Shown here piece after piece: positions 16,293 through 26,067 of a stretch of DNA of 64,000 bases (position 1 is the stretch's first letter; each line of letters begins with the position of its first letter). The position numbers and the translations under genes were made by a program. Source of the stretch: Dehalococcoidia bacterium (lineage in GTDB: Bacteria > Chloroflexota > Dehalococcoidia > Plut-88900); the NCBI GenBank assembly GCA_965207225.1, contig CBDBLV010000003.1, positions 154,546 to 218,545 of the forward strand, in the 5' to 3' direction. Under the pieces are notes generated by a model. The model was not told the origin of the DNA, did no database searches, and saw nothing but the letters and a program-made list of their open reading frames with translations.

Positions 16293-16432
16293 TTGGGATG
16301 GTCTCTGGATAAATTCGTAATGCGCAATAACTTTAACGGATTTGAGTAGGGCAATCAAAGGTCGGGGGTAGGGGGGGACAGAACCTCCATAAATGCAGTG
16401 CAGGTGAACCGCGATGCTGTCATAATACGTTC

Positions 16433-16669
16433 ATGTCTGTGACGATAACCATAGGGAACGTTCCCGAAGAGGTGCGCGACAAATTGAAGCAGCTTGCCGC
16501 AGAGCAAGGACTGTCTTTGCAGAAGTTCCTGCTGAGAGAGCTTCAGCAAATCGCGTCCCGTACATCCAATGCCGAATGGGTCAGGAACGTGGAAAGAATA
16601 AAGCGAGCCCAAGGCACTAAGATACCGATATCCGCAATCCTAGAAGCGAAGGATGCGGACAAAAGATGA
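16433..16669 (+). CDS. ribbon-helix-helix antitoxin (FitA/VapB-like), no cognate toxin gene
   Basis: MSVTITIGNVPEEVRDKLKQLAAEQGLSLQKFLLRELQQIA is an RHH fold pattern. The C-terminal ILEAKDADKR tail is typical of VapB partners of PIN toxins. Only 71 nt remain before the next gene. Confidence 0.7.
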   Translation: MSVTITIGNVPEEVRDKLKQLAAEQGLSLQKFLLRELQQIASRTSNAEWVRNVERIKRAQGTKIPISAILEAKDADKR

Positions 16670-16676
16670 CACGGGT

Positions 16677-16706
16677 TACATCGCCCAAACCACGACCGCT
16701 ATAATC
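16677..16706 (+). promoter_or_regulatory. putative promoter (TTACAT-18-TATAAT) ahead of the first LLM gene
   Basis: TTACAT at 16677-16682 and TATAAT at 16701-16706, 35 nt before ATG 16741. Confidence 0.35.
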
Positions 16707-16740
16707 CCCCCACACCACCCCCTATCCGAGAGGCCTTCCT

Positions 16741-17691
16741 ATGACCAGCAAGCCCCGTATGAAGTTCGGCGTGTCCCTGGGACAGGAGCGCGTTACGTGG
16801 CCCGAGATCGAGGAAGCGGCGCTTCTCGTGGAGGAGCTGGGCTTTGACTCTCTCTGGTCTCACGACCACCTGATACCCTCCGATCCCAGGCGAAACGAGG
16901 GGCCGTGCCTCGAAGCGTGGGCGATTCTCGGGGCGCTTGCGAGGATGACGAAGAGCGTGACCATCGGGCCGATGGTAGCGGGGAACACGTACCGCAACCC
17001 GGTGCTTCTAGCCAAGTCGGCCACTACCGTGGACATCATAAGCGGGGGTCGGCTGATATTCGGGATCGGGGCGGGGTGGTTCGAGATGGAGCACACGGCC
17101 TACGATTTTCCCTTCTATACGGTCGGGGAGAGGATTCGCAGGCTGGACGAGGCCGTCGAGCTCATCAAGAAACTCTGGACCAACGACGGTCCCGTGGACT
17201 TTGCAGGCAAGTACTACAACCTGAGGAGCGCACCCTTCGACCCCCGGCCGATCCAGCAGCCCCATCCCCCTATCCTTATAGCCGGCGGCGGAGAGAAGCG
17301 TACGCTGCGGGTCACGGCAAAGTGGGGGGACATGATGAATATCAACGGCCACGCTCAGATTGCGGCCCATAAATACCGGGTACTGGAAGAACACTGCCAG
17401 GCTGTCGGGAGGGACCCCGCCGAGATAGTTAAGACCGCCAACGGGGCCTTTGTGCCCCCCGAGAAGATGGACGACTGGAACCGCTGGATGGACCATCTCG
17501 CCGAGACCATGCCCGATCAAAGGAAATCACGGGGTGAGGGCGGGGTGGTGGGAGACATGGATGCGATCAGGGACTGGGTGAGGGGTCACGTGGAGGTCGG
17601 CACCCAGCAGGTAATCTTCACCATGCGCTCTCCGTACCCCCTGGAGTCGCTGAGGACATTTGCGAAGAAAGTGATGCCGGAATTCAGATAG
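16741..17691 (+). CDS. LLM-class (luciferase-like) flavin/F420-dependent oxidoreductase, paralogue 1
   Basis: MKFGVSLG..GFDSLWSHDHL..GRLIFGIGAGW..PHPPILIAGGGEKRTL pattern of the bacterial luciferase-like TIM-barrel family. Confidence 0.85.
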   Translation: MTSKPRMKFGVSLGQERVTWPEIEEAALLVEELGFDSLWSHDHLIPSDPRRNEGPCLEAWAILGALARMTKSVTIGPMVAGNTYRNPVLLAKSATTVDIISGGRLIFGIGAGWFEMEHTAYDFPFYTVGERIRRLDEAVELIKKLWTNDGPVDFAGKYYNLRSAPFDPRPIQQPHPPILIAGGGEKRTLRVTAKWGDMMNINGHAQIAAHKYRVLEEHCQAVGRDPAEIVKTANGAFVPPEKMDDWNRWMDHLAETMPDQRKSRGEGGVVGDMDAIRDWVRGHVEVGTQQVIFTMRSPYPLESLRTFAKKVMPEFR

Positions 17692-17701
17692 GAGAAGCGA
17701 C

Positions 17702-18865
17702 ATGGCAGCGCCAAGGGACATTCCCTTCCCCATAGAGGAGTACAGGGCCCGACTCTCGGGCGTCCAGGAGCGGATGCGCTCCCGGGACATTGATCTTCTG
17801 CTGGCGTACACGCCGGAGAACATCAACTACCTGACCGGCTACAACACCACGGGATATTATGTCTACCAGTGCCTGATGGTGCCCGCCGACCGGGACCCGA
17901 TCATGGTGACCCGGGAACTGGAGAAGGATAACGTCACCATGGGCACGTGGCTCGAGGACTACCGCATCTTCGGGGACTCCGAGGACCCAGTGGCAACAAC
18001 CTGCGACGCCATCAAAGAGTTCGGGTATGCGGAGAAGCGGATCGGCTTTGAGTCCACGTCCTGGTTCCTGCAGCTGCGGGACTACCAGCAGACCGTGTCC
18101 CTCCTCCCGGATGCCGAGGTCAAGGATGGCGGCAACATCGTAGAGGAAAGCCGGGTCATCAAGTCGCCTCGGGAAATTGCGTGCATAAGGGAGGCCGCGC
18201 GGATAGTTGCCAAGGGGATGCAATCGGGGATTGACGCTTCGAGGCCGGGGGTCACCGACAACTACGTGGCCGGAGAGCTTACCCGCACCCTCTACGCCGA
18301 GGGCAGCATCTACTTTGCGGGGCAGCCATACGTGGCTTCCGGTAAGCGGACGGGGCGGGGCCACATCACCTTCGCCAACGTCATGCTGGAGCCCGGCGAT
18401 CCCGTGTTTTTCGAGATCTCCGCCAACGTCAACCGGTACAGCGCCTCCCTTATGCGCACCATATCCCTCGGCCCACCCGACGACATGGTGAAGAGCCTCG
18501 CCGAAGCCTCCATCGCAGGCCTTACGGCCGCCGTTGAAAATATGGGCCCAGGCATGACCTCCCATGACGCCGACGCATTCTGCCGTGACGCCATTACCAA
18601 GGCCGGGCACGGAGAGCTCTTCAATCACCGCACTGGCTATTCCATAGGGGTCGGGTATCCGCCGGGGTGGGGCGAGGGTCACATCATGGACATCAAACCC
18701 GGGGACCAACGGGTGCTCAAACCCGGCATGACCTTCCACCTCACACCCGCGATCATTGTCCCCGGGGTAGCCGGGCCCGGTTTCAGCGAGACTATCTTGA
18801 TCACCGATGACGGTGCGGAGGTCCTCACCAGTTTCCCCAGGGAGTTCCTTGTCAAAGAGGTCTAA
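17702..18865 (+). CDS. M24-family hydrolase (creatinase/prolidase-like) with non-canonical metal-ligand positions
   Basis: Creatinase_N-like N-terminal domain (RDIDLLLAYTPENINYLTGY) plus a pita-bread C-terminal domain (IKSPREIACIREAARI ... GMTFHLTPA ... SETILITDDG). Confidence 0.8.
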   Translation: MAAPRDIPFPIEEYRARLSGVQERMRSRDIDLLLAYTPENINYLTGYNTTGYYVYQCLMVPADRDPIMVTRELEKDNVTMGTWLEDYRIFGDSEDPVATTCDAIKEFGYAEKRIGFESTSWFLQLRDYQQTVSLLPDAEVKDGGNIVEESRVIKSPREIACIREAARIVAKGMQSGIDASRPGVTDNYVAGELTRTLYAEGSIYFAGQPYVASGKRTGRGHITFANVMLEPGDPVFFEISANVNRYSASLMRTISLGPPDDMVKSLAEASIAGLTAAVENMGPGMTSHDADAFCRDAITKAGHGELFNHRTGYSIGVGYPPGWGEGHIMDIKPGDQRVLKPGMTFHLTPAIIVPGVAGPGFSETILITDDGAEVLTSFPREFLVKEV

Positions 18866-18895
18866 CCCCATCCCCGATACAGGGACTCCGACACC

Positions 18896-19846
18896 ATGAT
18901 ATCCAATCGACGTATGGAGTTCGGGGGGATGGTCAGCGCGGCAAACGTCTCCTGGCCCGAGTTCCGCAGCATGTGCGAGACAGTCGAGGCCGTGGGCTTC
19001 GACCACCTGTGGGTCGCAGACCTCCTGACTCCCTCGGAAGCTGACTGGTCGGACGGGCTCGTTCACGAATGCTGGAGCCTTTTGTCTGCCGCAGCTTCGT
19101 TTACGGACCGCATCCGCATCGGGCCCCTGGTCGTATCCAACACCTACCGACACCCGGTTGTATCGGCCAAGATCGCCGCCACTGTGGACATCATGAGCGA
19201 GGGCAGGCTGACCTACGGGGTCGGGGCGGGGTGGGCTCAAGAAGAGCACCGTTCCTACGGCATACCCTTCCAGCCCATCGGGGAACGCGTGGCCCGAGTC
19301 GAAGAAGCCATACAGCTGACCAAGCTCCTATGGCAGTCTCCCGACCCCGTAACGTTCCACGGACGCTACTACACCCTGGAAAACGCTCCGTTCAACCCCA
19401 AGCCCGTGCAGAAGCCTCACCCGCCCATCATGATCGCAGGCGGAGGGGAGAAGCTGACCCTCCGCGCCGTGGCCCGACACGCAGATGAGATGAACGTATA
19501 CGGCAGCCCCGAGGAGGTTGCCCACAAGTTCGACGTTCTGCGGAAACACTGTAAGAACGAAGGCCGCGACTTCGATGAAATCAAGAAGACGGTGCTGGTG
19601 CAGATGGTGCCCCCGGAGCGACAGAAAGAATGGGACGAATTCCTGGCGAAAATTGCCGCCGAAGAACCCGAGCCGCTCAATCGGGGCCAGAGCCAGGCTA
19701 TGACCGGAGACGTGGACGACTGGAAGGAGTGGGTGCAGGCAAGGGCTGAGGTGGGCGTCGACCAGGTGATAATCAACCTCTTTGCGCCCTATCTGCATGA
19801 TGCGGTGGAACGCTTTGCTAAAGAGGTGATTCCGACTTTCCAGTAG
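18896..19846 (+). CDS. LLM-class oxidoreductase, paralogue 2
   Basis: Clear paralogue of 16741-17691 (same length, GRLTYGVGAGW, PHPPIMIAGGGEKLTL). Confidence 0.85.
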   Translation: MISNRRMEFGGMVSAANVSWPEFRSMCETVEAVGFDHLWVADLLTPSEADWSDGLVHECWSLLSAAASFTDRIRIGPLVVSNTYRHPVVSAKIAATVDIMSEGRLTYGVGAGWAQEEHRSYGIPFQPIGERVARVEEAIQLTKLLWQSPDPVTFHGRYYTLENAPFNPKPVQKPHPPIMIAGGGEKLTLRAVARHADEMNVYGSPEEVAHKFDVLRKHCKNEGRDFDEIKKTVLVQMVPPERQKEWDEFLAKIAAEEPEPLNRGQSQAMTGDVDDWKEWVQARAEVGVDQVIINLFAPYLHDAVERFAKEVIPTFQ

Positions 19847-19864
19847 AATGGGCTTCCTGCCTAC

Positions 19865-19890
19865 GAGGGCGACCGGCGGGTCGCCCCTAC
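19865..19890. repeat. REP-like hairpin, family 3 (GGGCGACC-N-GG(T/G)CGCCCCTAC)
   Basis: gagggcgaccggcgggtcgcccctac. Related copies at 12421-12451 and 50572-50604, with a degenerate one near 7253. Confidence 0.7.
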
Positions 19891-19921
19891 AAGTCCAGAA
19901 GGGATTCGGAGGAAACGACAC

Positions 19922-20851
19922 ATGACAAAGGTGAAGTTCGGGCCCATCTACACCCGCATCGAAGACCTGATGGGCCCCGTGGAGCTGGCGGAGAAATCCG
20001 AGTCCTGGGGCTACGATTCCTTCTGGGTCCCCGATTACATCCTCAAGCCCCGCCTCGACGCCCTAATCATCCTTGCCGCCGCGGCCCAGCGCACCTCCAC
20101 GATAGAGCTGGGCACCGCCGTCATGGTGCTTCCCTACAAAGACCCCCTTGTCCTCTCCAAGTCGGCGCTTTCGGTGGACGTGCTTTCCAATGGGCGGCTG
20201 TTACTGGGGGTGGGGATCGGGGCCAACCCCCGGGAGTTTGATGTCCTAGGATTGGATATCAAGTACAGAGGTCGGGTCTCCGACGAACGGCTGGACATCA
20301 TGTCCCGCATCCTGAACGGCGAGACTGTAACTCACCACGGCCGCTTCCACTCCTTCGAGGACGTTGCCATAGGCCCGCCGTCAGTGAGCCAGCCCCGGAT
20401 CCCGATATGGCTCGGGGCCCATTGCGGGGGCGGCTGGGCCGAGGGAGCGTTACGGCGCACGGGCCGGTACGGCGACGGGTTCATCCCGACCGAGGCCAGT
20501 ATCGAGCAGTACAAGGACGCCATGGACCGCATCTCCCGCCATGCGGAGGAGGCGGGCCGAGACCCGACCCAGATCGAATGGGGCATCTTCATCTTCATCA
20601 TCATGGAAGACTCCCGTGAGTACGCTGAGCGGAAGGGTTATGCGGAGCTGGCTGACAGGCTGGACCGGGACTACCCGCTGGTGCACGGTCGGGCGGCGGC
20701 TGCGGGGACCGTCGACGAGTGCATAGAGGCTATCCAGGCTTACGTGGACATCGGGGTCACGCACTTCATCCTGGACTCGGCATCCCCAGCAGAGGAGATT
20801 GTCGAGCAGTACGAACGGGCGGCAAAGGAGATAGTGCCCCACTTCCGCTAG
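19922..20851 (+). CDS. LLM-class oxidoreductase, paralogue 3
   Basis: KFGPIY..GYDSFWVPDY..GRLLLGVGIG..IPIWLG pattern. Same subgroup as 23232 and 26067. Confidence 0.85.
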   Translation: MTKVKFGPIYTRIEDLMGPVELAEKSESWGYDSFWVPDYILKPRLDALIILAAAAQRTSTIELGTAVMVLPYKDPLVLSKSALSVDVLSNGRLLLGVGIGANPREFDVLGLDIKYRGRVSDERLDIMSRILNGETVTHHGRFHSFEDVAIGPPSVSQPRIPIWLGAHCGGGWAEGALRRTGRYGDGFIPTEASIEQYKDAMDRISRHAEEAGRDPTQIEWGIFIFIIMEDSREYAERKGYAELADRLDRDYPLVHGRAAAAGTVDECIEAIQAYVDIGVTHFILDSASPAEEIVEQYERAAKEIVPHFR

Positions 20852-20898
20852 GCCTACAGAGGTCGCGCATTGCGGAATTCCCCAGGAGCCTGGGAGGA

Positions 20899-21834
20899 TC
20901 AGGCCGAGGGCTTGATCCCCCTCACCAAAGGCAAAACTTCCTGGGCGAACCGCTCATACTGCTCCATCATCCGTTCAGGCATGATCCCCGCGTTCATCAC
21001 GAAGTGCGTGACCCCAGCATCCACGTACTCCTGGATCCCTTCCGCACAGTCATCCGCCCGACCCGACACGTTCGCCTCCCCACGCACCGCCTTCGTATGA
21101 CTCCTCCGACGGTTCGATTCCGCCTCCAGCGTTTCCCATGCCCTCTCGGCATCGTCGTCCAAGCAGAACCAGAGCACGGTGCCGAACTCGATGGCGTCGG
21201 GGTCCCGTCTCGCGCCCCGGGCGTAAACCTTCACCTTTTCCCGCACCGACTTGTATTCTGATGCGGGGACCAGGGTTGGAACGAAACCATCCGCCATTCT
21301 GCCAGCCCTCACGATTGTTGACTCTACCAACCCGTTCTTCCACAGCGGGCCCGTCCAGATCGGGGGGTGTGGCTTCTGTGCGGTCTCCGGCCCGACATCT
21401 ACTCCGTCGAATTGGTGGTACTTCCCCTTATGAGAGACCTTCTCCCCGGACAGGAGCTTCCGCAACAGCATGAGCTTTTCATCCGCCATCTTCCCGCGTT
21501 CATGGATGTCGAGGCCCAGGGCGTCGAACTCTCTCTTGTTGCTCCCCACCCCCAGCCCCAGGATGAGACGACCGTTGGTCAGTGCATCCACCGTCGCCGC
21601 CGCTTTGGCCAACAGCAGCGGATGCCTGTACGGGAGCACCATCACCGCGGTCCCGAGCAGAATGCGCTGCGTCCTCTGGGAGGCAGCAGCCAGAAGGGGC
21701 AAGGGGTCGGGGGAGTCTCCCAGGGCGAAGTCGGTCGTCCAGAAGGAATCGAAGCCTGAGGCCTCGGCGCGGACGGCCATGTCCACGGCCTCGGTCGGGT
21801 CGTTTATGTGGGAGTGCATTATCCCGAATTTCAT
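20899..21834 (-). CDS. LLM-class oxidoreductase, paralogue 4
   Basis: Start taken at MKFGIMHSH (ATG 21834). GFDSFWTTD, GRLILGLGVG, KPHPPIWTG. Confidence 0.85.
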   Translation of the reverse strand: MKFGIMHSHINDPTEAVDMAVRAEASGFDSFWTTDFALGDSPDPLPLLAAASQRTQRILLGTAVMVLPYRHPLLLAKAAATVDALTNGRLILGLGVGSNKREFDALGLDIHERGKMADEKLMLLRKLLSGEKVSHKGKYHQFDGVDVGPETAQKPHPPIWTGPLWKNGLVESTIVRAGRMADGFVPTLVPASEYKSVREKVKVYARGARRDPDAIEFGTVLWFCLDDDAERAWETLEAESNRRRSHTKAVRGEANVSGRADDCAEGIQEYVDAGVTHFVMNAGIMPERMMEQYERFAQEVLPLVRGIKPSA

Positions 21835-21934
21835 GTCAGCAGTGTCCCGTCCCAAAGAAAGATAAAGGGTTGGCATCGAATGCCAACCCTTTACTTCTTA
21901 TCAGCAAATCTAAGCTATTTTCGGTCCTCTACCC

Positions 21935-23098
21935 CTACAGGTTCGCCACGAATTTTCGTATGCCCTCGACACCCTTCTCCAGGTTCTCCATGCTTGTGGC
22001 GAAGGATATCCGTACGAACCCTTCGCCGTACGCCCCGAAGGAGATGCCCGGGAGCACCGCCACCCCGTTTTCGTAGAGCAGCCGGTCGCCGAACTCCTGC
22101 GCCGAAAGCCCCAGGTCAGACACATTCGGGAACAGGTAGAAGGCGCCCTCGGGCTTGAAGCAGCGAATGCCGTCGATCTCGTTCAGGGCGTCGCAGGTCA
22201 TGTCTCTGCGCCGTCGGAACTCGGCCACCATTGCCTGGGGCTCTTCCTTTGACCCCTCCAGGGCCGCAATCCCCGCCTTCTGCACAAAGGGGGCCGTACA
22301 GGAGACGCTGTTAACCATCAGCTTGGAAATATGGGGCACCAACTCCGAGGGGAACACCCCGTACCCGAGCCTCCAGCCCGTCATGGCATAGGTCTTGGAA
22401 AAACCGTCCAGTATTACGGAGTGTTCCAGCATCCCGGGCAGCTGGGCGATGCTGGTGTGGGTGCTGTCGTAGACGATGTCCCTGTACATCTCGTCGGAGA
22501 GGACCAGGATGTCGTTCTCCCTGGCCATTTCGGCGACGGCCTCCAGGTCCTCCCTGTCCATCATCCCTCCCGTCGGGTTGTGGGGAGAGTTGAGGATGAT
22601 CAGCCGGGTGCGGGAAGTTATAGAGCGCCTCACCTCGTCGAGGTCGGGCTTGAAGCCTTCCTCTTCATACAGCCGCATGGGTACGGGCGTCGCCCCCGAG
22701 AATTTGATCATCGACTCATATATCGGGAACCCGGGGTTCGGGTATATGACCTCGTCGCCCTCTTCGACCAGAGCAGTGAGGAGGAAGTACATAATCGGCT
22801 TGGCGCCGGGAGTGACGATAATAGAGTCGGGGGAAACGTCGATGCCGCGGGTCTCGGATGTGTGTTTCGCCACCGCCGCCCGGACGTCGGGGAGGCCGGC
22901 GGCGGGGCCGTAGTGAGTGAAGCCTCCGTCGAGAGCGTCCTTGGCTGCTCCGATGATGTGGTCCGGCGTATCAAAGTCGGGTTCGCCCAGCTCCAGGTGC
23001 ACGACATCGACACCTGTGGCGGCCAGCGCATTGGCCTTGACCAGGACCTCGAACGCGGTCTCTGTGCCCAGGTTGCTCATTCTCGAGGCCAGTTTCAT
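21935..23098 (-). CDS. pyridoxal-phosphate-dependent aminotransferase, class I/II (aspartate/aromatic type)
   Basis: 387 aa. [22 protein letters not shown] and the [14 protein letters not shown] lysine motif. Confidence 0.9.
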   Translation of the reverse strand: MKLASRMSNLGTETAFEVLVKANALAATGVDVVHLELGEPDFDTPDHIIGAAKDALDGGFTHYGPAAGLPDVRAAVAKHTSETRGIDVSPDSIIVTPGAKPIMYFLLTALVEEGDEVIYPNPGFPIYESMIKFSGATPVPMRLYEEEGFKPDLDEVRRSITSRTRLIILNSPHNPTGGMMDREDLEAVAEMARENDILVLSDEMYRDIVYDSTHTSIAQLPGMLEHSVILDGFSKTYAMTGWRLGYGVFPSELVPHISKLMVNSVSCTAPFVQKAGIAALEGSKEEPQAMVAEFRRRRDMTCDALNEIDGIRCFKPEGAFYLFPNVSDLGLSAQEFGDRLLYENGVAVLPGISFGAYGEGFVRISFATSMENLEKGVEGIRKFVANL

Positions 23099-23231
23099 TT
23101 TCGGTGCTCCTCCCGGGACGCAATTGCCAGAAATTACAGGCGGTAATTATATCACGGCCACGGTTACATCCATTCGGGCTTTCAGCTAGAATGAACCCCG
23201 ACTCCCTACAGTACCCGAAGAGGTTTGCGCC

Positions 23232-24176
23232 ATGCCCAAAGTCGAATTCGGCCCCCTTTACACCACCATGGAGAAATACATCGGCCCGGTGGAGTTCGCC
23301 GAAAAGGCCGAAGCCTGGGGCTACGACTACTACTGGGTGCCCGACTACGTCACGCTTAGCCCGATGGACGCCTTTGTTCTGCTGTCGGCGGTGGGACAGA
23401 GGACCACGTCCATCAAGTTGGGTACCGCTGTTGTGGTCGTGCCGTTCAGGACGCCCTTCCAGCTGGCGAAGGCCTCGGCGACGGTGGACGTGTTGTCGGG
23501 AGGGCGGTTCACCCTGGGGGTGGGGATTGGGGGGGCCGTGCCCCGAGACTTTGATGTCGCCCAGGTCGACATGCGAAAGCGCGGGCGCATCTCCAACGAG
23601 ACCCTCCACATTACGCGACGCCTCCTCACCGAAGAGAACGTCAGCCACCGCGGCCATTACTATTCATTCGACGACCTTACAATCGAGCCAAGGCCCGTCA
23701 GCGACACTGGCATCCCCATCTGGATCGGCTCAATCTGCAACAATGGCTTCCCCCAGGGCGTCGTGGACCGGGCTGCACGCTATGGCGACGGCTTCTACCC
23801 CACCGACACCCCAATCGAAGAGTTCAAGAAGGTCCAGGAGCGCATCCGGTCCAAGGCGAAGGAGATGGGTCGGGACCCGGACTCCATCCAGTGGGGGCTG
23901 CTGGCCTGGACTTGTGGTGGTGGTTCCAAGGAGGAGGCTCGGCAGACGGCGAGCCGTGAGATAAGCAAGCGGCTGGAGTCGGAGTGGGACGTCCAGGCGG
24001 AGAATGGCTACATCCTGGGCACCCCCGAGGAGATGGCCGAGACCCTGCAGGGCTACGTCGATATCGGGGTCACCAATTTCGTCGTGGACCCGGCCTGTGC
24101 CCCCGAGGACATGCTCGAAATGTTCGAGGTCTTCGCGAAAGAGGTGGTGCCTCACTTCAGGGGCGAAGACAGCTGA
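23232..24176 (+). CDS. LLM-class oxidoreductase, paralogue 5
   Basis: MPKVEFGPLY..GYDYYWVPDYV..GRFTLGVGIG. Its stop overlaps the next start (TGATG at 24174-24178). Confidence 0.85.
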   Translation: MPKVEFGPLYTTMEKYIGPVEFAEKAEAWGYDYYWVPDYVTLSPMDAFVLLSAVGQRTTSIKLGTAVVVVPFRTPFQLAKASATVDVLSGGRFTLGVGIGGAVPRDFDVAQVDMRKRGRISNETLHITRRLLTEENVSHRGHYYSFDDLTIEPRPVSDTGIPIWIGSICNNGFPQGVVDRAARYGDGFYPTDTPIEEFKKVQERIRSKAKEMGRDPDSIQWGLLAWTCGGGSKEEARQTASREISKRLESEWDVQAENGYILGTPEEMAETLQGYVDIGVTNFVVDPACAPEDMLEMFEVFAKEVVPHFRGEDS

Positions 24177-25126
24177 TGAGCGAATTGGGATTCGGGGTCA
24201 CCCTGTTCGACGCGAATGAACGGCCAGTCATCAAGCAGGGTGTCGATGCCGAGGCCTGGAACTACTCCATCTTCTGGGCCCCCGAGTTCCTAGGTATCCC
24301 CACCCTGGAGCCCTTTCCCGTCCTCTCAGCAGTAGCACAGCACACAACCAGCATCAGGCTCGGCACCGGAATAGCGGGGCTGTCCGTCCGCAGCCCCGTC
24401 CAGATGGCCAAGGCCGCCGTCACCACGGACATCCTTTCCAACGGTCGGTTTGTCCTGGGGCTGGGGTTGGGGGGCCTTATTCCCAAAGACCTGGAGGTGG
24501 AGAACGTACCCAGCCTGGGGGAACGAGGCCGCATCTCCAACGAACGGCTCGAAATCCTTTACCGTCTCTTCACAGAGCGCACCATCTCCCATTCCGGCGA
24601 CTACTACAACTTCAAGGACTACACGTTTGGGCCGGGGCCCGTGCAGAAGCCACGCATACCAATCTGGCTCGGGGCACGGTACACGGGCAAGATCGCCGAT
24701 GCCGCCATGAAGCGGGCCGGGACCTACGCCGACGTGTTCATCTTCCCCGCCGATACCCCCACAACCTACTATCCCTACGCCAAGGACAAGGTCCGGGCCT
24801 ACGCGGAGGCGGCGGGTCGGGACCCGGAGGCCATAGGGTTCGCCAGCACGATGTGGACGTGCCTAGGATCAACTCGGGAGCGGGCCATAGATGTGGCGAA
24901 CCGTATAATCCCGGAGATGCTCAGCGTGCCCTGGAAGGTGCCAGACAACGCCTGTTACGGAATGGGTACGCCTGAAGACTGCATCGCGACGGCGGAGGAA
25001 TTCAAAGACCTGGGAGTCTCCCACATCATCATGAACCCCTGCTGTGATTACGAAGAGGTCACAGCTCAGACCGAGCGGTTCGGGCGTGAGGTAGTCCCGC
25101 ACTTCCAGACTAAAGGCGCTAGATGA
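24176..25126 (+). CDS. LLM-class oxidoreductase, paralogue 6
   Basis: Start taken at MSELGFGVTLF (ATG 24176). The 23984 start in the track only adds out-of-family sequence that overlaps paralogue 5. Confidence 0.85.
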   Translation: MSELGFGVTLFDANERPVIKQGVDAEAWNYSIFWAPEFLGIPTLEPFPVLSAVAQHTTSIRLGTGIAGLSVRSPVQMAKAAVTTDILSNGRFVLGLGLGGLIPKDLEVENVPSLGERGRISNERLEILYRLFTERTISHSGDYYNFKDYTFGPGPVQKPRIPIWLGARYTGKIADAAMKRAGTYADVFIFPADTPTTYYPYAKDKVRAYAEAAGRDPEAIGFASTMWTCLGSTRERAIDVANRIIPEMLSVPWKVPDNACYGMGTPEDCIATAEEFKDLGVSHIIMNPCCDYEEVTAQTERFGREVVPHFQTKGAR

Positions 25127-26067
25127 GCCCAATGCAATTCGGCGTAACCCATACGAGGTCCGAGGAACGGACTGCTGTCCAGCAGGGTGTCGATGCCGAG
25201 AATTGGGGGTTCTCCATATTCTGGGCCCCGGAGTTCCTCGCCATCCCCACACTGGAGCCCTTCGCCGTTCTTTCCGCGGTAGCACAGCACACCGCCTCCA
25301 TCAGGTTAGGCACCGGGGTGGCAGGGCTGGCCCTCAGAAGCCCCTTCCAGCTGGCCAAGGCCGCCATCACCACCGACATTCTTTCCAACGGACGGTTGGT
25401 GCTGGGGCTCGGTCTCGGAGGCGTGCATCCCAAGGACCTGGAAGTCGAGGGCATACCGAACCTGCGGGAGCGGGGCCGCATCTCCGACGAACGTCTCGAA
25501 ATCCTCTACCGGCTTTTCACTGAGAAGAACGTCTCCCACTCCGACGAGTACTACCAGTTCGAGGACTTCACCCTCACCCCCGACCCCGTGCAGAAACCCC
25601 ACGTGCCCATCTGGGTCGGGGCACGGTGGTCGGGCAAGATCTTCGACGCCGCCCTGAAGCGCGCCGGGACCTACGCCGATGTCTTCATCTTCCCCGCCGA
25701 CACCCCAACGGACTACTACCCGGGCGCCAAGGAGAAAATCAGCAAGTACGCCGAAGCTGCAGGCCGGGACCCGGGCGATATCCGTTACGCCTCGACTATC
25801 TGGACATGCCTCGCCTCATCGCGGGAAGAAGCAAAGGCCATTGCCAACCGTGAGATTACCCGTTCGCTGCAAGTCCCCTGGGTGGTCCCCGACAACGCCT
25901 GCTACGGGCTCGGCACGCCGGAGGACTGCATAGCCACCGTGGAGGAATTCGCAGACCTCGGCGTATCCCACCTACTCCTGGCGCCCTGCTGTGAACCCGC
26001 AGAAACCACGGCACAGACCGAGCAGTTCGGCCGCGAAGTCGTATCCCATTTCAAAGGTGTTGAGTAA
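25123..26067 (+). CDS. LLM-class oxidoreductase, paralogue 7 (close duplicate of paralogue 6)
   Basis: Roughly three-quarters identical to 24176-25126 by eye (SIFWAPEFL.IPTLEPF.VLSAVAQHT.SIRLGTG). ATGA overlap at 25123-25126. Confidence 0.85.
   Translation: MSPMQFGVTHTRSEERTAVQQGVDAENWGFSIFWAPEFLAIPTLEPFAVLSAVAQHTASIRLGTGVAGLALRSPFQLAKAAITTDILSNGRLVLGLGLGGVHPKDLEVEGIPNLRERGRISDERLEILYRLFTEKNVSHSDEYYQFEDFTLTPDPVQKPHVPIWVGARWSGKIFDAALKRAGTYADVFIFPADTPTDYYPGAKEKISKYAEAAGRDPGDIRYASTIWTCLASSREEAKAIANREITRSLQVPWVVPDNACYGLGTPEDCIATVEEFADLGVSHLLLAPCCEPAETTAQTEQFGREVVSHFKGVE

Noticed and set aside
17684-19249. 521-aa minus-strand ORF
   Set aside because: Antisense to the M24 hydrolase and LLM paralogue 2, both of which carry clear family motifs. 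Long antisense ORFs are expected at this GC content, and the composition is Gly/Pro/Arg/Val-biased.
21100-21125. GGTTCGATTCC, a tRNA T-loop-like string
   Set aside because: It lies inside LLM paralogue 4. The flanks do not form a T-stem (GACGG against CCGCC), acceptor stem or anticodon arm.
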